This document shows positions 7,892 through 17,717 of a stretch of 57,910 nucleotides of DNA, one piece after another; position 1 is the stretch's first letter, and each line of letters opens with the position of its first letter. The position numbers and the translations under genes were made by a program. This stretch comes from a virus (lineage: Duplodnaviria > Caudoviricetes). The stretch spans positions 1 to 57,910 of the IMG/VR virus record IMGVR_UViG_3300037424_000402. One strand, written 5' to 3'. Under the pieces are notes generated by a model. The model was not told the origin of the DNA and did no database searches. It saw only the letters and a list, made by a program, of their open reading frames with translations.

Positions 7892-8296
7892 CTAGCGCCG
7901 AGCCCTGGCGAGGGTGTAACCGCCCACCGCCGCGAGGATGAGCACGGCGAAGCCGGCGCCGACGACCCACCCCCACTGACTCGTTCCGGGATTCCCGTAC
8001 GGCGCGAACGCCAGATCCTTGCCCCACCCCTTCTTCATCACGAGCGTGACCTTCGGCCGCAGGAGCCGGCCGGCGTCGAACCCCTGGCCAGCGATCACCG
8101 CAGCATCGCCCCCCTTGCCGGCTGCGGCCGAGCCGCCGGCCTTCGAGCCCGAGGAGAAGGGGGAGGGGATGTAGATCGGTGGGCCCCACGTCGACTCGAC
8201 GCGCACCGCTGCGACTGCGTTATTGAGCATCGAGAGGCCGAGCGACTCGAAGTCGAGATCGGAGAAGGCGAGCGCGGCGCGGTTCGGTCTCTTCAT
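7892..8296 (-). CDS. Putative virion membrane protein with C-terminal TM
   Basis: WGWVVGAGFAVLILAAVGG followed by a basic tail. Confidence 0.7.
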   Translation of the reverse strand: MKRPNRAALAFSDLDFESLGLSMLNNAVAAVRVESTWGPPIYIPSPFSSGSKAGGSAAAGKGGDAAVIAGQGFDAGRLLRPKVTLVMKKGWGKDLAFAPYGNPGTSQWGWVVGAGFAVLILAAVGGYTLARARR

Positions 8297-8505
8297 GGCT
8301 TGAGATCCGCGATGCCGGGGTAAACGTTGCCGTCGGGCTCGATCGGGTTTCGAGGCGTACCCTTCCAGACTTGAAAGTCACCGAATGCGCGGCTACGCGC
8401 CGCCTGCCGAAGAGCCGACTCCTCCGCTTCCGACTTGCTTGCGAACGTACCGACGTACCTTCCGCTGCGCAGCACATGATTCCTAACTTGGACTGTCCAC
8501 GTCAT
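8293..8505 (-). CDS. Small hypothetical protein
   Basis: ATGA overlaps on both sides. Confidence 0.6.
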   Translation of the reverse strand: MTWTVQVRNHVLRSGRYVGTFASKSEAEESALRQAARSRAFGDFQVWKGTPRNPIEPDGNVYPGIADLKP

Positions 8506-9227
8506 GCGGTGGCCTTGTCGTACTTCGTGGCGACGGCTGTGGCGCGCCTGGAGACATCCGCGAAGTAGTCACCACCGGTGGTGGTGACATCCGGATTCTT
8601 CCCAGCGGCGATCGACATCAATACCGCTCCCTCCCCGGCGTTGTACGCGGCGATCGCCGCCTGCCAGAGAAGCGGCCCGGTGAGCGGCCGAGGGTCGGGG
8701 TACCACGCCGATTCGACGCTCCGGGCGGCGGCGCGCGTCGGATTCAGGTAGACGCGCCCGCCTTCGGCGAACCCCTTGATCGTCGATCGCGTGATGAAGA
8801 ATGCGAGCTTGGCCTTGAGCACCTGCGCGCCCTTTTTCACGTTCGTGTACGGGTCGGCCCAATTGTTCATGGCGAGCCACGAGCCGAACGAGCGATCGTC
8901 GATCTGCATGAGACCATGGCCGTGTCCAGCATCACCACGCCCGCCGGGGCCGGGCTTGTCGAGGTAGCTCGTGGTGCCCCACTTCGTCTCGCGATCTCCG
9001 AGCCCGAAAATCAGGAACGGATCGAGGCTCTCCTCCCTGGAGACTTGGAGGATGATGTCGCCGTACGGCTGCGCGTAGCTCGGGAGTTGGAGCTTGAAGA
9101 TGATCTCCTTGCCGGCGTCGATCGCCTTGCGTCCATAGAGCATGATCGTCCCTCTCTTCGTGTATGCGAGCACCGCAGCGCCGGTGGCACCGAGGATCAG
9201 CAAGGGGATGGTGACGTCGCGTCGCAT
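8502..9227 (-). CDS. Lytic transglycosylase/G-type lysozyme-like enzyme with N-terminal membrane anchor
   Basis: DRET (catalytic Glu), GLMQID, DPYTNVKKGA, AAYNAG; N-terminal hydrophobic helix. Confidence 0.85.
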   Translation of the reverse strand: MRRDVTIPLLILGATGAAVLAYTKRGTIMLYGRKAIDAGKEIIFKLQLPSYAQPYGDIILQVSREESLDPFLIFGLGDRETKWGTTSYLDKPGPGGRGDAGHGHGLMQIDDRSFGSWLAMNNWADPYTNVKKGAQVLKAKLAFFITRSTIKGFAEGGRVYLNPTRAAARSVESAWYPDPRPLTGPLLWQAAIAAYNAGEGAVLMSIAAGKNPDVTTTGGDYFADVSRRATAVATKYDKATA

Positions 9228-9400
9228 CACTTCTCCGATGGATCCGCCATCTTGAAGCCGCGACACCGCTTGCAGCCGCGCACGGTGCAGATACCATTCG
9301 GGCCGTGGACGTCGAGATGGTGACCGCACTCGCAGTAATGCAGTCCCACGTAGATCCGGAAGCTATCGTCCGGATTCTTCCTCCAACGCCCACGGCCCAT
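9227..9400 (-). CDS. Small Zn-finger protein (57 aa, not in the ORF track)
   Basis: Manually translated MGRGRWRKNPDDSFRIYVGLHYCECGHHLDVHGPNGICTVRGCKRCRGFKMADPSEK; TGATG overlap with the lysozyme start. Confidence 0.6.
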   Translation of the reverse strand: MGRGRWRKNPDDSFRIYVGLHYCECGHHLDVHGPNGICTVRGCKRCRGFKMADPSEK

Positions 9401-9415
9401 GACGATGGGTCGGAT

Positions 9416-9688
9416 CTACCGGCGCGACTTCCGACGGCGCGAGTAGGACTTCCGGCGGCTGCGCTTCCCACCCTTCACCATGCGCTTGAACTGCGCGCGA
9501 GCCGCCTTCGATGCGGCGGAGTTCTTCCCGGTGGAGGGACCGCACAGCGTCCGACCGCCCCGGCGCCCCATGAACGACTTCCCCTTGATCTTGATCTTGG
9601 TGACCTTGCAAAGCGACGACTTGGTGCCGCTCTTGTGGAACACCACCATCTTCCCACCCCTGAACTTCACGCGAACTGCGGTCTTCAT
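9416..9688 (-). CDS. Very basic, putative genome-condensing core protein
   Basis: Lys/Arg-rich, ends KRSRRKSYSRRRKSRR; AAGGAG RBS. Confidence 0.65.
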   Translation of the reverse strand: MKTAVRVKFRGGKMVVFHKSGTKSSLCKVTKIKIKGKSFMGRRGGRTLCGPSTGKNSAASKAARAQFKRMVKGGKRSRRKSYSRRRKSRR

Positions 9689-9719
9689 GCTGTCTCTCCT
9701 TCCGTTCGTGACTGCGGGT

Positions 9720-10127
9720 TTACACTGACGCCTTGCCCTTGGTGAAGATCCAGACTGCGACTGCGAGCCCGACGAGGATGAGGAGCCCGGTCATTGAGGA
9801 AGGACCTCCCGCGCTCGCCATGATCGGGCTGTTTCCCGGGATGTACGGAGCACCGGGATTCGAGATCGGCGCAACTGGCGAGGCGACGGCCGGAGCGGAC
9901 GTCTTCCAGCCCTCGCCGATCGCCTTCGCCATCTCGATCATCGTGCCGGGTCCGGCGATGCCGTCCACGGCGATCCGGCGTTGCTTCTGGAACGAGATCA
10001 CCGCCGCTCGGGTGTTCGCACCGAAGACACCATCCACGCCGATGCGAAACCCGACCGAGACGAGATACTTCTGGAGATCGGCGACGCCGGGGGACTTGTC
10101 GCCCATCTTGAAGTCGCCGAACCGCAT
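9720..10127 (-). CDS. Peptidoglycan-binding-domain protein with C-terminal TM
   Basis: GDKSPGVADLQ...VDGVFGANTRAAVISFQ...VDGIAGPGT matches the PG_binding_1 pattern. Confidence 0.85.
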   Translation of the reverse strand: MRFGDFKMGDKSPGVADLQKYLVSVGFRIGVDGVFGANTRAAVISFQKQRRIAVDGIAGPGTMIEMAKAIGEGWKTSAPAVASPVAPISNPGAPYIPGNSPIMASAGGPSSMTGLLILVGLAVAVWIFTKGKASV

Positions 10128-10130
10128 TGT

Positions 10131-10559
10131 CTACCTCCGCGCGAGTCGGCGGTACACGCCGAACCCTGCCACTGGAACTGCCGTTGCTGGTGACGCGCTC
10201 TTCCGGCCGATGAACGATCCCGCCACGAGCCCGGCCACGGCCCCGAGCGGCCCGGCGACGAAGAACCCACCGGCGGCGAGTGCGAGCGGCGCGAAGCCAC
10301 CACCCGGGGAGCCACCGGCCGGAGCGGACACCGTGGGGAGGGAGTTGGACCCCTTGAGCGGCAGAGCGTCCTGTTGCGCCTGGGTCAGCTTCTTGATCCC
10401 CATCGCCCGGATCGCCGCTGCCTCTGCGGTCTTCCCCTGCGCTTCGAGACCACGCGCCATGATCTCGATCCCCGAGGTGATCGCTGGGGAAGTGACGACG
10501 CGACCGTCGGGGAGCGTGATCGACTTGAATGTGCCAGCCGTTGCTAAGGTGGTGGCCAT
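10131..10559 (-). CDS. Glycine-zipper membrane protein
   Basis: AAGGFFVAGPLGAVAGLVAG segment, shared with the adjacent large protein. Confidence 0.7.
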   Translation of the reverse strand: MATTLATAGTFKSITLPDGRVVTSPAITSGIEIMARGLEAQGKTAEAAAIRAMGIKKLTQAQQDALPLKGSNSLPTVSAPAGGSPGGGFAPLALAAGGFFVAGPLGAVAGLVAGSFIGRKSASPATAVPVAGFGVYRRLARR

Positions 10560-10562
10560 GAC

Positions 10563-11933
10563 CTACCTCCAACTCTGGCGGTAGAGGGTGCCGCGCCGGG
10601 TGGGAAGGAACGAGGGCGGCCGGCGTGCGACGATCGGAGGGGTCGTGCGCGGCTTGGTGCGCACGATTCCGTAGGCGCCGAAGCCGTAGCCGTTCACGGC
10701 GACGGTCGTGGTCGGAGGCTGCGGGATCGAGCCGGAGCGCCCGAGGAACCACCCGGCCGCGCCACCCACGAGCGCACCGATCGGGCCACCTGCCAGGAAG
10801 CCGATCCCGAGCCCGGCGATCGGACCGAGCGCTGCGGCGCCCTTCGCCCCGGCGGGCTGCACTGCGATGGTCTGCTCCGCTGCCGGAGGACCTTTCAGGA
10901 GGCCGGACACGATCTTGCCCCCAGCCGTGGCGGCGCCGACCCCGGTGATGCCGAGCGAGGTGCCGAGCGATCCGACGACCGGCGCGGCGGCGATGCCACC
11001 CACTGCGGCGGCCCCCACGAGTGCCAGGACGCCCGATCCGTAGCGCGCGGACGTCACGAGGTCGGATCGGTACGCCGATCCGACGAAGTTGTCGGCCGAC
11101 TTCGCGCCGGGGATGTGAGCCGCTCGCGCCGCTGCGGTGGTGCCCTTCAGGAGGAACGCACTCGGCGCGATGATCGGCGCGGCGACGAAGCCGATCGCCT
11201 TCTTCACGTTCCGTGGATCGATGGCACTCCCCACCTTCCTCACCGTCTTCTTGAGGAACGAGCCGATCCCGCCGAATGCGACTGCATCGATCGCGGCCCA
11301 GCCTGCGGCAGGGAGAGGCTCCTCGGAAGCGGCTTGGGCCTTCCGTCCAGCGATCGAACCGGCGATCGCACCGACGACCGCACCGACAGGACCACCGACG
11401 AGGAAGCCCGCACCGGCTCCGAGGAGGAGAGGCCCCGCGCCGCCGGGAGCGCTCGGGCCGGGAACTTCCTGCGCGACGGTCGTGGTCTTCCCGCCGCCGG
11501 TGAGGAAGCTCTGCGACGGGGCTCCGACTGTGGGAAGCACAGCACCGCCCGAGGCGGCGGAGATGATCGCCTGCGCACCGGTCTGCGCGGATGGTGTCTG
11601 CTCCGCTGCGGGGTAGCCCGAGGGGATCCCGATCTGGTTGGGGAGCCTGTCACCACCGGTGAGGAAGTCGATCGAGGGTGCCTGAATCATCCCAGCGCCG
11701 ATCACGCTTCCTGGCGGAGACGAGGCGATGGGAAGCCCCATCCCGGCGGTGAGCATCTGCTCCACGGCGGGGGGCATGGTGGACTTCGGCGGGGCGAGCC
11801 GCCCCGTTGCGACAGGAGAGGCCGCCTTCCAGCCCCTGCCGGCGGGCGACGGGGCGACCCGAGCCACGACGCCACCCTTCGTCGGGGTCTTCATCCGGGA
11901 CATGACCGCTTGCAGTGGGGTGATCTTCGCCAT
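10563..11933 (-). CDS. Large Ala/Gly/Pro-rich glycine-zipper membrane protein (putative DNA-delivery/virion membrane)
   Basis: Repeated GxGFLxGGPxGAxVG motifs; several hydrophobic segments. Confidence 0.7.
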   Translation of the reverse strand: MAKITPLQAVMSRMKTPTKGGVVARVAPSPAGRGWKAASPVATGRLAPPKSTMPPAVEQMLTAGMGLPIASSPPGSVIGAGMIQAPSIDFLTGGDRLPNQIGIPSGYPAAEQTPSAQTGAQAIISAASGGAVLPTVGAPSQSFLTGGGKTTTVAQEVPGPSAPGGAGPLLLGAGAGFLVGGPVGAVVGAIAGSIAGRKAQAASEEPLPAAGWAAIDAVAFGGIGSFLKKTVRKVGSAIDPRNVKKAIGFVAAPIIAPSAFLLKGTTAAARAAHIPGAKSADNFVGSAYRSDLVTSARYGSGVLALVGAAAVGGIAAAPVVGSLGTSLGITGVGAATAGGKIVSGLLKGPPAAEQTIAVQPAGAKGAAALGPIAGLGIGFLAGGPIGALVGGAAGWFLGRSGSIPQPPTTTVAVNGYGFGAYGIVRTKPRTTPPIVARRPPSFLPTRRGTLYRQSWR

Positions 11934-11956
11934 TTGGGTACTCCTTGTTTCCTAGC

Positions 11957-12289
11957 CTACTCCGGCACAGGGACGTCCGCGAGCCCCACGGCCCGCTCGA
12001 TGCGTTCGATACGCTTCTCCATCCGGTGCTCGGTTTCCGTCTGCCGCTTCTCGAACCCGGCGATCTTGTCTTCCAGCCCCCCGATCAATCCGAGGATTTG
12101 TTCGAGCGTCCCACCATTCGATTTGAACGTGTCCGTGATCGGTTTCAGCATCTTCTCCACTGCCGCGATGATCCGATTGTCTCGGTGCTTCAATAGATCC
12201 GAAACCTGCGATGCGATCAGAGCGATCGACTCGGCATCGAGCGTCTCGATGTGAGGACTCTTCTTCGATCGGATCTTCTTCACTGTCAT
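11957..12289 (-). CDS. Coiled-coil protein
   Basis: Heptad-like C-terminus; ATGA overlap. Confidence 0.65.
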   Translation of the reverse strand: MTVKKIRSKKSPHIETLDAESIALIASQVSDLLKHRDNRIIAAVEKMLKPITDTFKSNGGTLEQILGLIGGLEDKIAGFEKRQTETEHRMEKRIERIERAVGLADVPVPE

Positions 12290-12657
12290 GATTTCCTGCT
12301 CTCGATGAACTTGTCGAGGCGTTCATGCGACGCCTCGGCGCGCTTGTCCACCTGGCCGATGCGCTCGTTGATCAATCGAAGCTCCGTCTTCTGTTCCGCT
12401 TGCTTGACCTCGAAGTCGCGACGCCACTGATTCTCGATGTCTTTGCTACTGGCGAATGAGGCATCGATGCGCGAGTCCACCTTACCTTCGAGCATCGTCT
12501 GGTACGACTCGGAATTGATCGCTTCGTTGAGCGTCTTCTTGATCCGACCGTCCTGCTGCTTGTTCGCCCACGAGACCACCGTGTAAACGACGCCGCCGAT
12601 CGTGGCGAGTGCGCCAGCGATCTTGCCGCCCGTCTCGATGATCTCGATGAGCGTCAT
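12286..12657 (-). CDS. N-terminal TM + coiled-coil protein (holin/lysis-accessory-like)
   Basis: IAGALATIGGVVYTVVSW followed by a charged coiled coil. Confidence 0.6.
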   Translation of the reverse strand: MTLIEIIETGGKIAGALATIGGVVYTVVSWANKQQDGRIKKTLNEAINSESYQTMLEGKVDSRIDASFASSKDIENQWRRDFEVKQAEQKTELRLINERIGQVDKRAEASHERLDKFIESRKS

Positions 12658-12661
12658 TCGG

Positions 12662-13963
12662 CTAGAACTCCTCGCGCCACGAAGCTCCGATCCGGCAGGT
12701 GACCGTTCCCGTCTCCGACGCGCAACTGAAGTTGAACGTCTCCCCTGGGTTGAGCCGAAGATTCAACGTTTCGAGGTTGAACACCTGATCGAACGAGGTG
12801 GCGAGTGGGAAAACGAGAGATCCGACTGTGACCGTCGTACCAGCAACGTCCACCGCAGCGACCGACTGTGTCGTCGAGATGTCGGTGAATACCGGGGCGC
12901 CACCTTCCGTTCCGTTGAGCACGATCTTCGCCGATGCCCCAGCGGTCACGGCCACCGAGACCGATGTGAGCCGAATGCGCGTGCGGTTCGTCGCACCGTT
13001 GAACGTGGCGCGGTTCTGCAACGTGAAGATGTTCGTATCGGCCGTCGTGACTCCGGTCTTCACGTTCGTGAACCCATTGCTGAGACCGACATCGTTGCGG
13101 GGCCCCTGCGTTGCCGCTCCCATCGATGCCGTCTGAAGGGTGATGTTCGTGGCGTTGCCGGTGTTGACCGTACGCGCCGAGAGGGGAAGCGACGGATTGA
13201 AGATCGACGGGAGTGTGTTCGAGTTCGAGTAGCGGATCGTGTGAACGAGGATCGGCTCGCCAGTGAGCGGGTTCTCCGCGAAGAATCGGATCGCTCCGAA
13301 CCCAAGCCACTGGAAATCGATCATGTAGACGTTGCCATTCGTGATGGCAAGCGTCTGACCACTCGGATTGACTGTGCCACCAGCCCCATTGAACCGATCG
13401 CCGTTCCACGCCGACTGTGCGACGAACGAATCGACTCCGCCGCGCCGACGATTGATTCCGAACGTGCCAGTCGTCGGATCGCAGGTGAAGAAGAATCCAT
13501 CGACGGTATTTCCGAGACCGATCTCCTGCACATTGTTCACCACGCAGGTGGAGAAGATCGCCGTGAAGCGTGTGATGATGCCTTGCCCTGGGGAATACTT
13601 GATCGCGAGGTTCGACTGGAACTGTGAAGCTCCTGCAATGTTCGCCGTTGTCTGAAGCGTCGCGAGATTGTTCGTTGCCGTGACGGTGCCGCCGTTCGCG
13701 ACCGTGGTGGTGACGAGACGGGGGTTGATCGCGTACGGGAATTGGAGGTGGATCTCCAATGTCTCCGACTCGACGAACACCGCACCGAACGCGCCGCGCT
13801 GGTAGCTTGGGAGGACCACCTGATTCGGAATGGCGGTCGGAGAGTTGGATCCCTGAGTCCGCCACGGGGTGACCGTGAGCGATCCCTGCCCCTGGTTCAC
13901 CGTCGTTTGCGCGAACGCCACCGTGGCGAAGAGAGCGATCAGAATTGCGAGTGTCTTCTTCAT
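12662..13963 (-). CDS. Secreted beta-rich (lectin/beta-sandwich-like) protein, candidate spike
   Basis: Signal peptide MKKTLAILIALFATVAFA; Thr/Asn/Val-rich; YMIDFQWLGFGAIRF motif. Confidence 0.65.
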   Translation of the reverse strand: MKKTLAILIALFATVAFAQTTVNQGQGSLTVTPWRTQGSNSPTAIPNQVVLPSYQRGAFGAVFVESETLEIHLQFPYAINPRLVTTTVANGGTVTATNNLATLQTTANIAGASQFQSNLAIKYSPGQGIITRFTAIFSTCVVNNVQEIGLGNTVDGFFFTCDPTTGTFGINRRRGGVDSFVAQSAWNGDRFNGAGGTVNPSGQTLAITNGNVYMIDFQWLGFGAIRFFAENPLTGEPILVHTIRYSNSNTLPSIFNPSLPLSARTVNTGNATNITLQTASMGAATQGPRNDVGLSNGFTNVKTGVTTADTNIFTLQNRATFNGATNRTRIRLTSVSVAVTAGASAKIVLNGTEGGAPVFTDISTTQSVAAVDVAGTTVTVGSLVFPLATSFDQVFNLETLNLRLNPGETFNFSCASETGTVTCRIGASWREEF

Positions 13964-13979
13964 TTGGTTTCTCCTCCTC

Positions 13980-14726
13980 CTACTTGACGAAGAGCGCGAA
14001 ATTGAATGACGAGACTTCTGGATTGAATAGCAGATCGCTAATTTGCACGGACTTGATCGCGTCTGTAGCGTGAGTTATCGCAATCAAGAAACCGGGGGCA
14101 TTGAGTATGTCGACTAACAGGATGCATTCGGAGGGAGCACGCGGAGTGTCGAGCGTGATCGCATAAAGACCCGTCCCAATCCCTTGCCATACGACAGTAC
14201 AGCCCTTCAGGAAGCCCGGGCCGGGAACCGTAGTACCTATTGTTCCATCCGGTCCCACGTTGCATCCCGCTTCAAAGGCTCCTCCACCACTCGACACGGC
14301 TGTCCATCCGGTGTTTCCAGTGCCAGACTCCTTCACATAGAGCGTCGTTCCACCGGCGCCGTCGAGCCGAAGGAAGATGCTTCCCACTGGCGCGGTGACC
14401 ACCCCCTCGGGGCTTCCGTTGCCGGCTACGAACGCGGCATTTCCAGGGCCAATGAGTGGCGAGCCAACGAGGGGGGAGAGCAGGGCGATCTGTCCGAGGT
14501 CGGTCGTCTGGAATTCGCCACCCGCCGTGGATGCCTGAGTCACGAGTTGATTGATCCGTGGACGCATGATGGAAGGATCACCACCATTTGGGAATTCCTG
14601 GCAGAGGATCGCGACGATCTCGCTGAAAGCTCCATCCGGAAGCTGCGATCCAATTCCTAGGATCAACGTCACCGACTCGGCGATCCGATCGGTGTAGTCG
14701 CTTGGATAAAAGAGTCCGCTGCTCAT
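13980..14726 (-). CDS. Putative spike/receptor-binding protein 2
   Basis: N-terminal about 60 aa paralogous to the upstream gene; GSPEGVVTAPVGSIFLRLDG...LYVKESGTGNTGW fibre-type module. Confidence 0.65.
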   Translation of the reverse strand: MSSGLFYPSDYTDRIAESVTLILGIGSQLPDGAFSEIVAILCQEFPNGGDPSIMRPRINQLVTQASTAGGEFQTTDLGQIALLSPLVGSPLIGPGNAAFVAGNGSPEGVVTAPVGSIFLRLDGAGGTTLYVKESGTGNTGWTAVSSGGGAFEAGCNVGPDGTIGTTVPGPGFLKGCTVVWQGIGTGLYAITLDTPRAPSECILLVDILNAPGFLIAITHATDAIKSVQISDLLFNPEVSSFNFALFVK

Positions 14727-16315
14727 GTGCGTGAGACCCTCGAAAGGAAGTTAGCATCGGTGACGAACGTCGCGGCGGTCAGGTTCGCATGCGTGGTCGT
14801 TGTGGCCCCAACGATGATGTCGCCAGCGGTTCCTGTGACTGTCGTGCCGACACCGAGAACCGCGAGACATCCAGCCTTGAGTCGGATCCCGAACCCGACA
14901 TTCCCCGTTCCGGTGAGAGTGAGAGGCGCCGCCGTCCCAGCCTCACCGAGACCGCTGACACCTAGCTTGCTGCCATCACTGACGATGATGGCATCGGCCG
15001 TGCAATTACTGAACTCGTATGTGCCTCCGCTCACCATCCGGAGCGTGCTGTTTCCCGACAAAACAAGAAGGGCCACAGTCGTCAGGTTCAATCCATCGAA
15101 TTTCCCGTTAGATCGAAGCGTGACAACGCTATCAGCGGTAAAGTGGATCTGTGTCGCGCGGAAGCTCGGACCGGACAACGTAACCTGAGCACCCAGACCA
15201 CCCAAGAAGCAGTTGTCCATGATGAGACTGAGGAAGAACCGATTTTGCGCTGCGGTCACTGAAGCCTGGTTGACTCCTCCACTAAGCTGAACCCCGGTCG
15301 TCGCGTTCGTGACGCCATTGAAGAGGTAGAAGAACGTGCTATCGATCACCGCGCCAGACGAGTTGGAAACGTCGGGGAACTCGACGCCGAGACCGCGCAT
15401 TCCAGCGATCGCGCCATTGGTGACGAATATAATCGACGTGTTCGTCGCGTTGAAGTTGGCCCAGCACGCATCCCAACCAACGTACGTCCCGCCCCCCTCG
15501 AAGAACATCGAACGATTCGTGAGTGAGAACTGGATTGCGTAGAACGCGATCGACGGCATTGGAACACGCCCGCCCATCGACGCCACACTGAACGTCGGCT
15601 CGGACGTTGGTGTGAGCGTGGTCCCCGGCTTCTCCACCACGAACGTATCGCCTGCCCCTGGCGCCCCTCCGGTGAGTGCGAATTGAAGAGTGAAAGCGGT
15701 TGCGGTGTTGCTGACGACGCCTCGTGTCTGCCCAGCCCGCGCTCCTGTGAGGTAGCGGATTCTCTGACCGCGAAAGGCATCCACCACCATCCCAGCGCCA
15801 CCCGTTACAACAATAGACGTCGATCCACCAGCATCGGTGAGCGTGCCGAGACCCGAGTCGATCATCGTGCCGATGATGAAGAGAGGCTCTGCGAGCGGAC
15901 CTATCGGTCCCGCGAAGGAGTAACCTCCTCGCCCCATCGTGTATGCTCCGACATCGAGCCGGATGCGGCACTTCCCACCCCAGAAGGTCGTCGGCAAGAG
16001 AGAGATCGCCTTGTCGAATGTCTTCAGAGGAAGCGCCGCCGTGCCGGGGTTCGCGTCGTTTCCGGTCGTGGCGTTCACGAAGAACTCGAAGTTCTCCGCA
16101 TCGACATCGAGCGAACCAGCGATGCCGAGACGAACGAGCGCGTCCATGCGGGCGCGAACGACTGATGGATCTCCACCGACGGGGAACTCCTGGCAAATGA
16201 TGGAAACGATCTCGTTGAAGACACCATCCGGAAGCTGGGTTCCGCCGAGGATCGACGACACCGACTCGGTGATACGATCGGAATACTCGCCAGGAGAGAA
16301 GAGTCCGCCGCTCAT
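14723..16315 (-). CDS. Putative spike/receptor-binding protein 1 with pectin-lyase-like beta-helix
   Basis: FFVNATTGNDANPGTAALPLKTFDKAI entry motif; long Gly/Thr beta-repeat region. Confidence 0.7.
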   Translation of the reverse strand: MSGGLFSPGEYSDRITESVSSILGGTQLPDGVFNEIVSIICQEFPVGGDPSVVRARMDALVRLGIAGSLDVDAENFEFFVNATTGNDANPGTAALPLKTFDKAISLLPTTFWGGKCRIRLDVGAYTMGRGGYSFAGPIGPLAEPLFIIGTMIDSGLGTLTDAGGSTSIVVTGGAGMVVDAFRGQRIRYLTGARAGQTRGVVSNTATAFTLQFALTGGAPGAGDTFVVEKPGTTLTPTSEPTFSVASMGGRVPMPSIAFYAIQFSLTNRSMFFEGGGTYVGWDACWANFNATNTSIIFVTNGAIAGMRGLGVEFPDVSNSSGAVIDSTFFYLFNGVTNATTGVQLSGGVNQASVTAAQNRFFLSLIMDNCFLGGLGAQVTLSGPSFRATQIHFTADSVVTLRSNGKFDGLNLTTVALLVLSGNSTLRMVSGGTYEFSNCTADAIIVSDGSKLGVSGLGEAGTAAPLTLTGTGNVGFGIRLKAGCLAVLGVGTTVTGTAGDIIVGATTTTHANLTAATFVTDANFLSRVSRT

Positions 16316-16317
16316 GA

Positions 16318-16674
16318 TCAGCCCCCAAGGAAATGCTGTAGGAAGAAGGCGGTGACGTTCACCGTCGCGGCGTGGATGTGGCAGACGTCGGCCTTGAACG
16401 GCCCGGCCCTCACGGCGGTCGTCGCGGGAACTCCACACACCATGCAACGTCCGCGCATCTCACTTCCTCTTCCCATCGCAGAGGCAAGAGTCGGCACCTG
16501 CGCGACGACCCGAGGCGATCCGTCGGACACCCTGCGGGCGCGGAGCCTGACCGGCGGCGCCACGAAGGGCGGCGGCAGTGAAGGCGTCTCCGGAGGGACC
16601 TCTCTCCACTCCACGTCCACCACCGGACCCTGTCCGTAGCCGGCGAGCGAGCGCTTCGAGGAACGAGTTGCCAT
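16318..16674 (-). CDS. Hypothetical protein with C-terminal CxxC...CxxH
   Basis: MATRSSKRSLAGYGQG...CMVCG...VCHIH; start placed manually at 16674. Confidence 0.55.
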   Translation of the reverse strand: MATRSSKRSLAGYGQGPVVDVEWREVPPETPSLPPPFVAPPVRLRARRVSDGSPRVVAQVPTLASAMGRGSEMRGRCMVCGVPATTAVRAGPFKADVCHIHAATVNVTAFFLQHFLGG

Positions 16675-16682
16675 CGGCCACA

Positions 16683-17015
16683 CTACCTCCACACTGCGTG
16701 GATCTTCCGCTTCGCTGCGAGCGACCTCGGCTCGATCACGCACGCGCGGATGAAGCGCTCGATCACAGCGCGTGGTCCCTTGCCGCCGTAGCTTCCGCTG
16801 ATCCTCGGACCGCTCGCCGACCGGTCGATGAGATACGATCCCTGCGCCTGCGCAAGTGAGATCGCGAGGTGAGCCGCCGTCGCGCAGTCGGGCGGTGCCT
16901 TCAGGTGACGCTTCAGCGCGCCGCGAAGCCGGTTGATCTCTCGCAGCGTGCCCTTGGCGCGATCCGCGTGGTAGTCGGTCGGATCTCCGTAGCGCTTGCG
17001 ACGTCTCCGAGCCAT
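16683..17015 (-). CDS. Basic core-like protein
   Basis: MARRRRKRYGD N-terminus; GGAGG RBS. Confidence 0.7.
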   Translation of the reverse strand: MARRRRKRYGDPTDYHADRAKGTLREINRLRGALKRHLKAPPDCATAAHLAISLAQAQGSYLIDRSASGPRISGSYGGKGPRAVIERFIRACVIEPRSLAAKRKIHAVWR

Positions 17016-17018
17016 GAC

Positions 17019-17477
17019 CTACCTCCCGATCTTCCTGACGCGGCACCCGGTCCACCACCCCTTCCGGGAGAGCCTCTGGACCGCCTTCGTTGCGGCCGAC
17101 TTCTTCTTGTGGATCGACTTCGTGACCATCGTCCTCGTGCTCGACGGGCAGACGACCTTGTAGCGGTAGCCCTTCGCCTTGGTGTTCTTCCGAAGAGCGG
17201 TCTGGAGCCATCGGAGCCCGGCGAGCGACGGCACCTTGAACGGCCGGCGCGGACGCGAGCGGTTGCGGTACGCGCGCGTGATCGTCCTGCCGCCCCGCTG
17301 GCGGGTCTGGATCTGGATCTCGCCACCCGTGGCGGCGGCGATGAAGTAGTCGGCGCGGAACCTGGGATTGTCGGCCGCGAACTTGCGTGCCCACTCGTCG
17401 ATCTCCGCGCGAGGTGATCCCTTCGCCTTCAGACCGACCGCGATCGTCTCGTAGTGCCGTCTCTGCCACTTGGCCAT
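17019..17477 (-). CDS. Basic hypothetical protein
   Basis: FAADNPRFRADYFIAA motif; Arg/Lys-rich C-terminal half. Confidence 0.7.
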   Translation of the reverse strand: MAKWQRRHYETIAVGLKAKGSPRAEIDEWARKFAADNPRFRADYFIAAATGGEIQIQTRQRGGRTITRAYRNRSRPRRPFKVPSLAGLRWLQTALRKNTKAKGYRYKVVCPSSTRTMVTKSIHKKKSAATKAVQRLSRKGWWTGCRVRKIGR

Positions 17478-17485
17478 GTGCTACC

Positions 17486-17716
17486 TCACATCCCACGCAT
17501 CGCGTGGTGGATCGTCGTCACCGTATACTTCACTCCATCTGGCGTCTCTCGAACTCCCGCCTCGTGAAGCAACGAGAGCATGCACTCCGCCGCCGACTTC
17601 TTCGTCTGCATCGAGCGGATGCACTCACGCGCGGTGTTGTAGAGCCCCTCATCGTTGCCGATCCAGAGGGAGACGTTCCAATGAGCCCACGATGGATGAC
17701 CATTGTAACGAGCCAT
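17486..17716 (-). CDS. Conserved small phage protein
   Basis: YNGHPSWAHWNVSLWIGNDEGLY resembles a widespread YNG...WNVxLWxxNDEGLY phage family. Confidence 0.65.
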   Translation of the reverse strand: MARYNGHPSWAHWNVSLWIGNDEGLYNTARECIRSMQTKKSAAECMLSLLHEAGVRETPDGVKYTVTTIHHAMRGM

Positions 17717-17717
17717 G

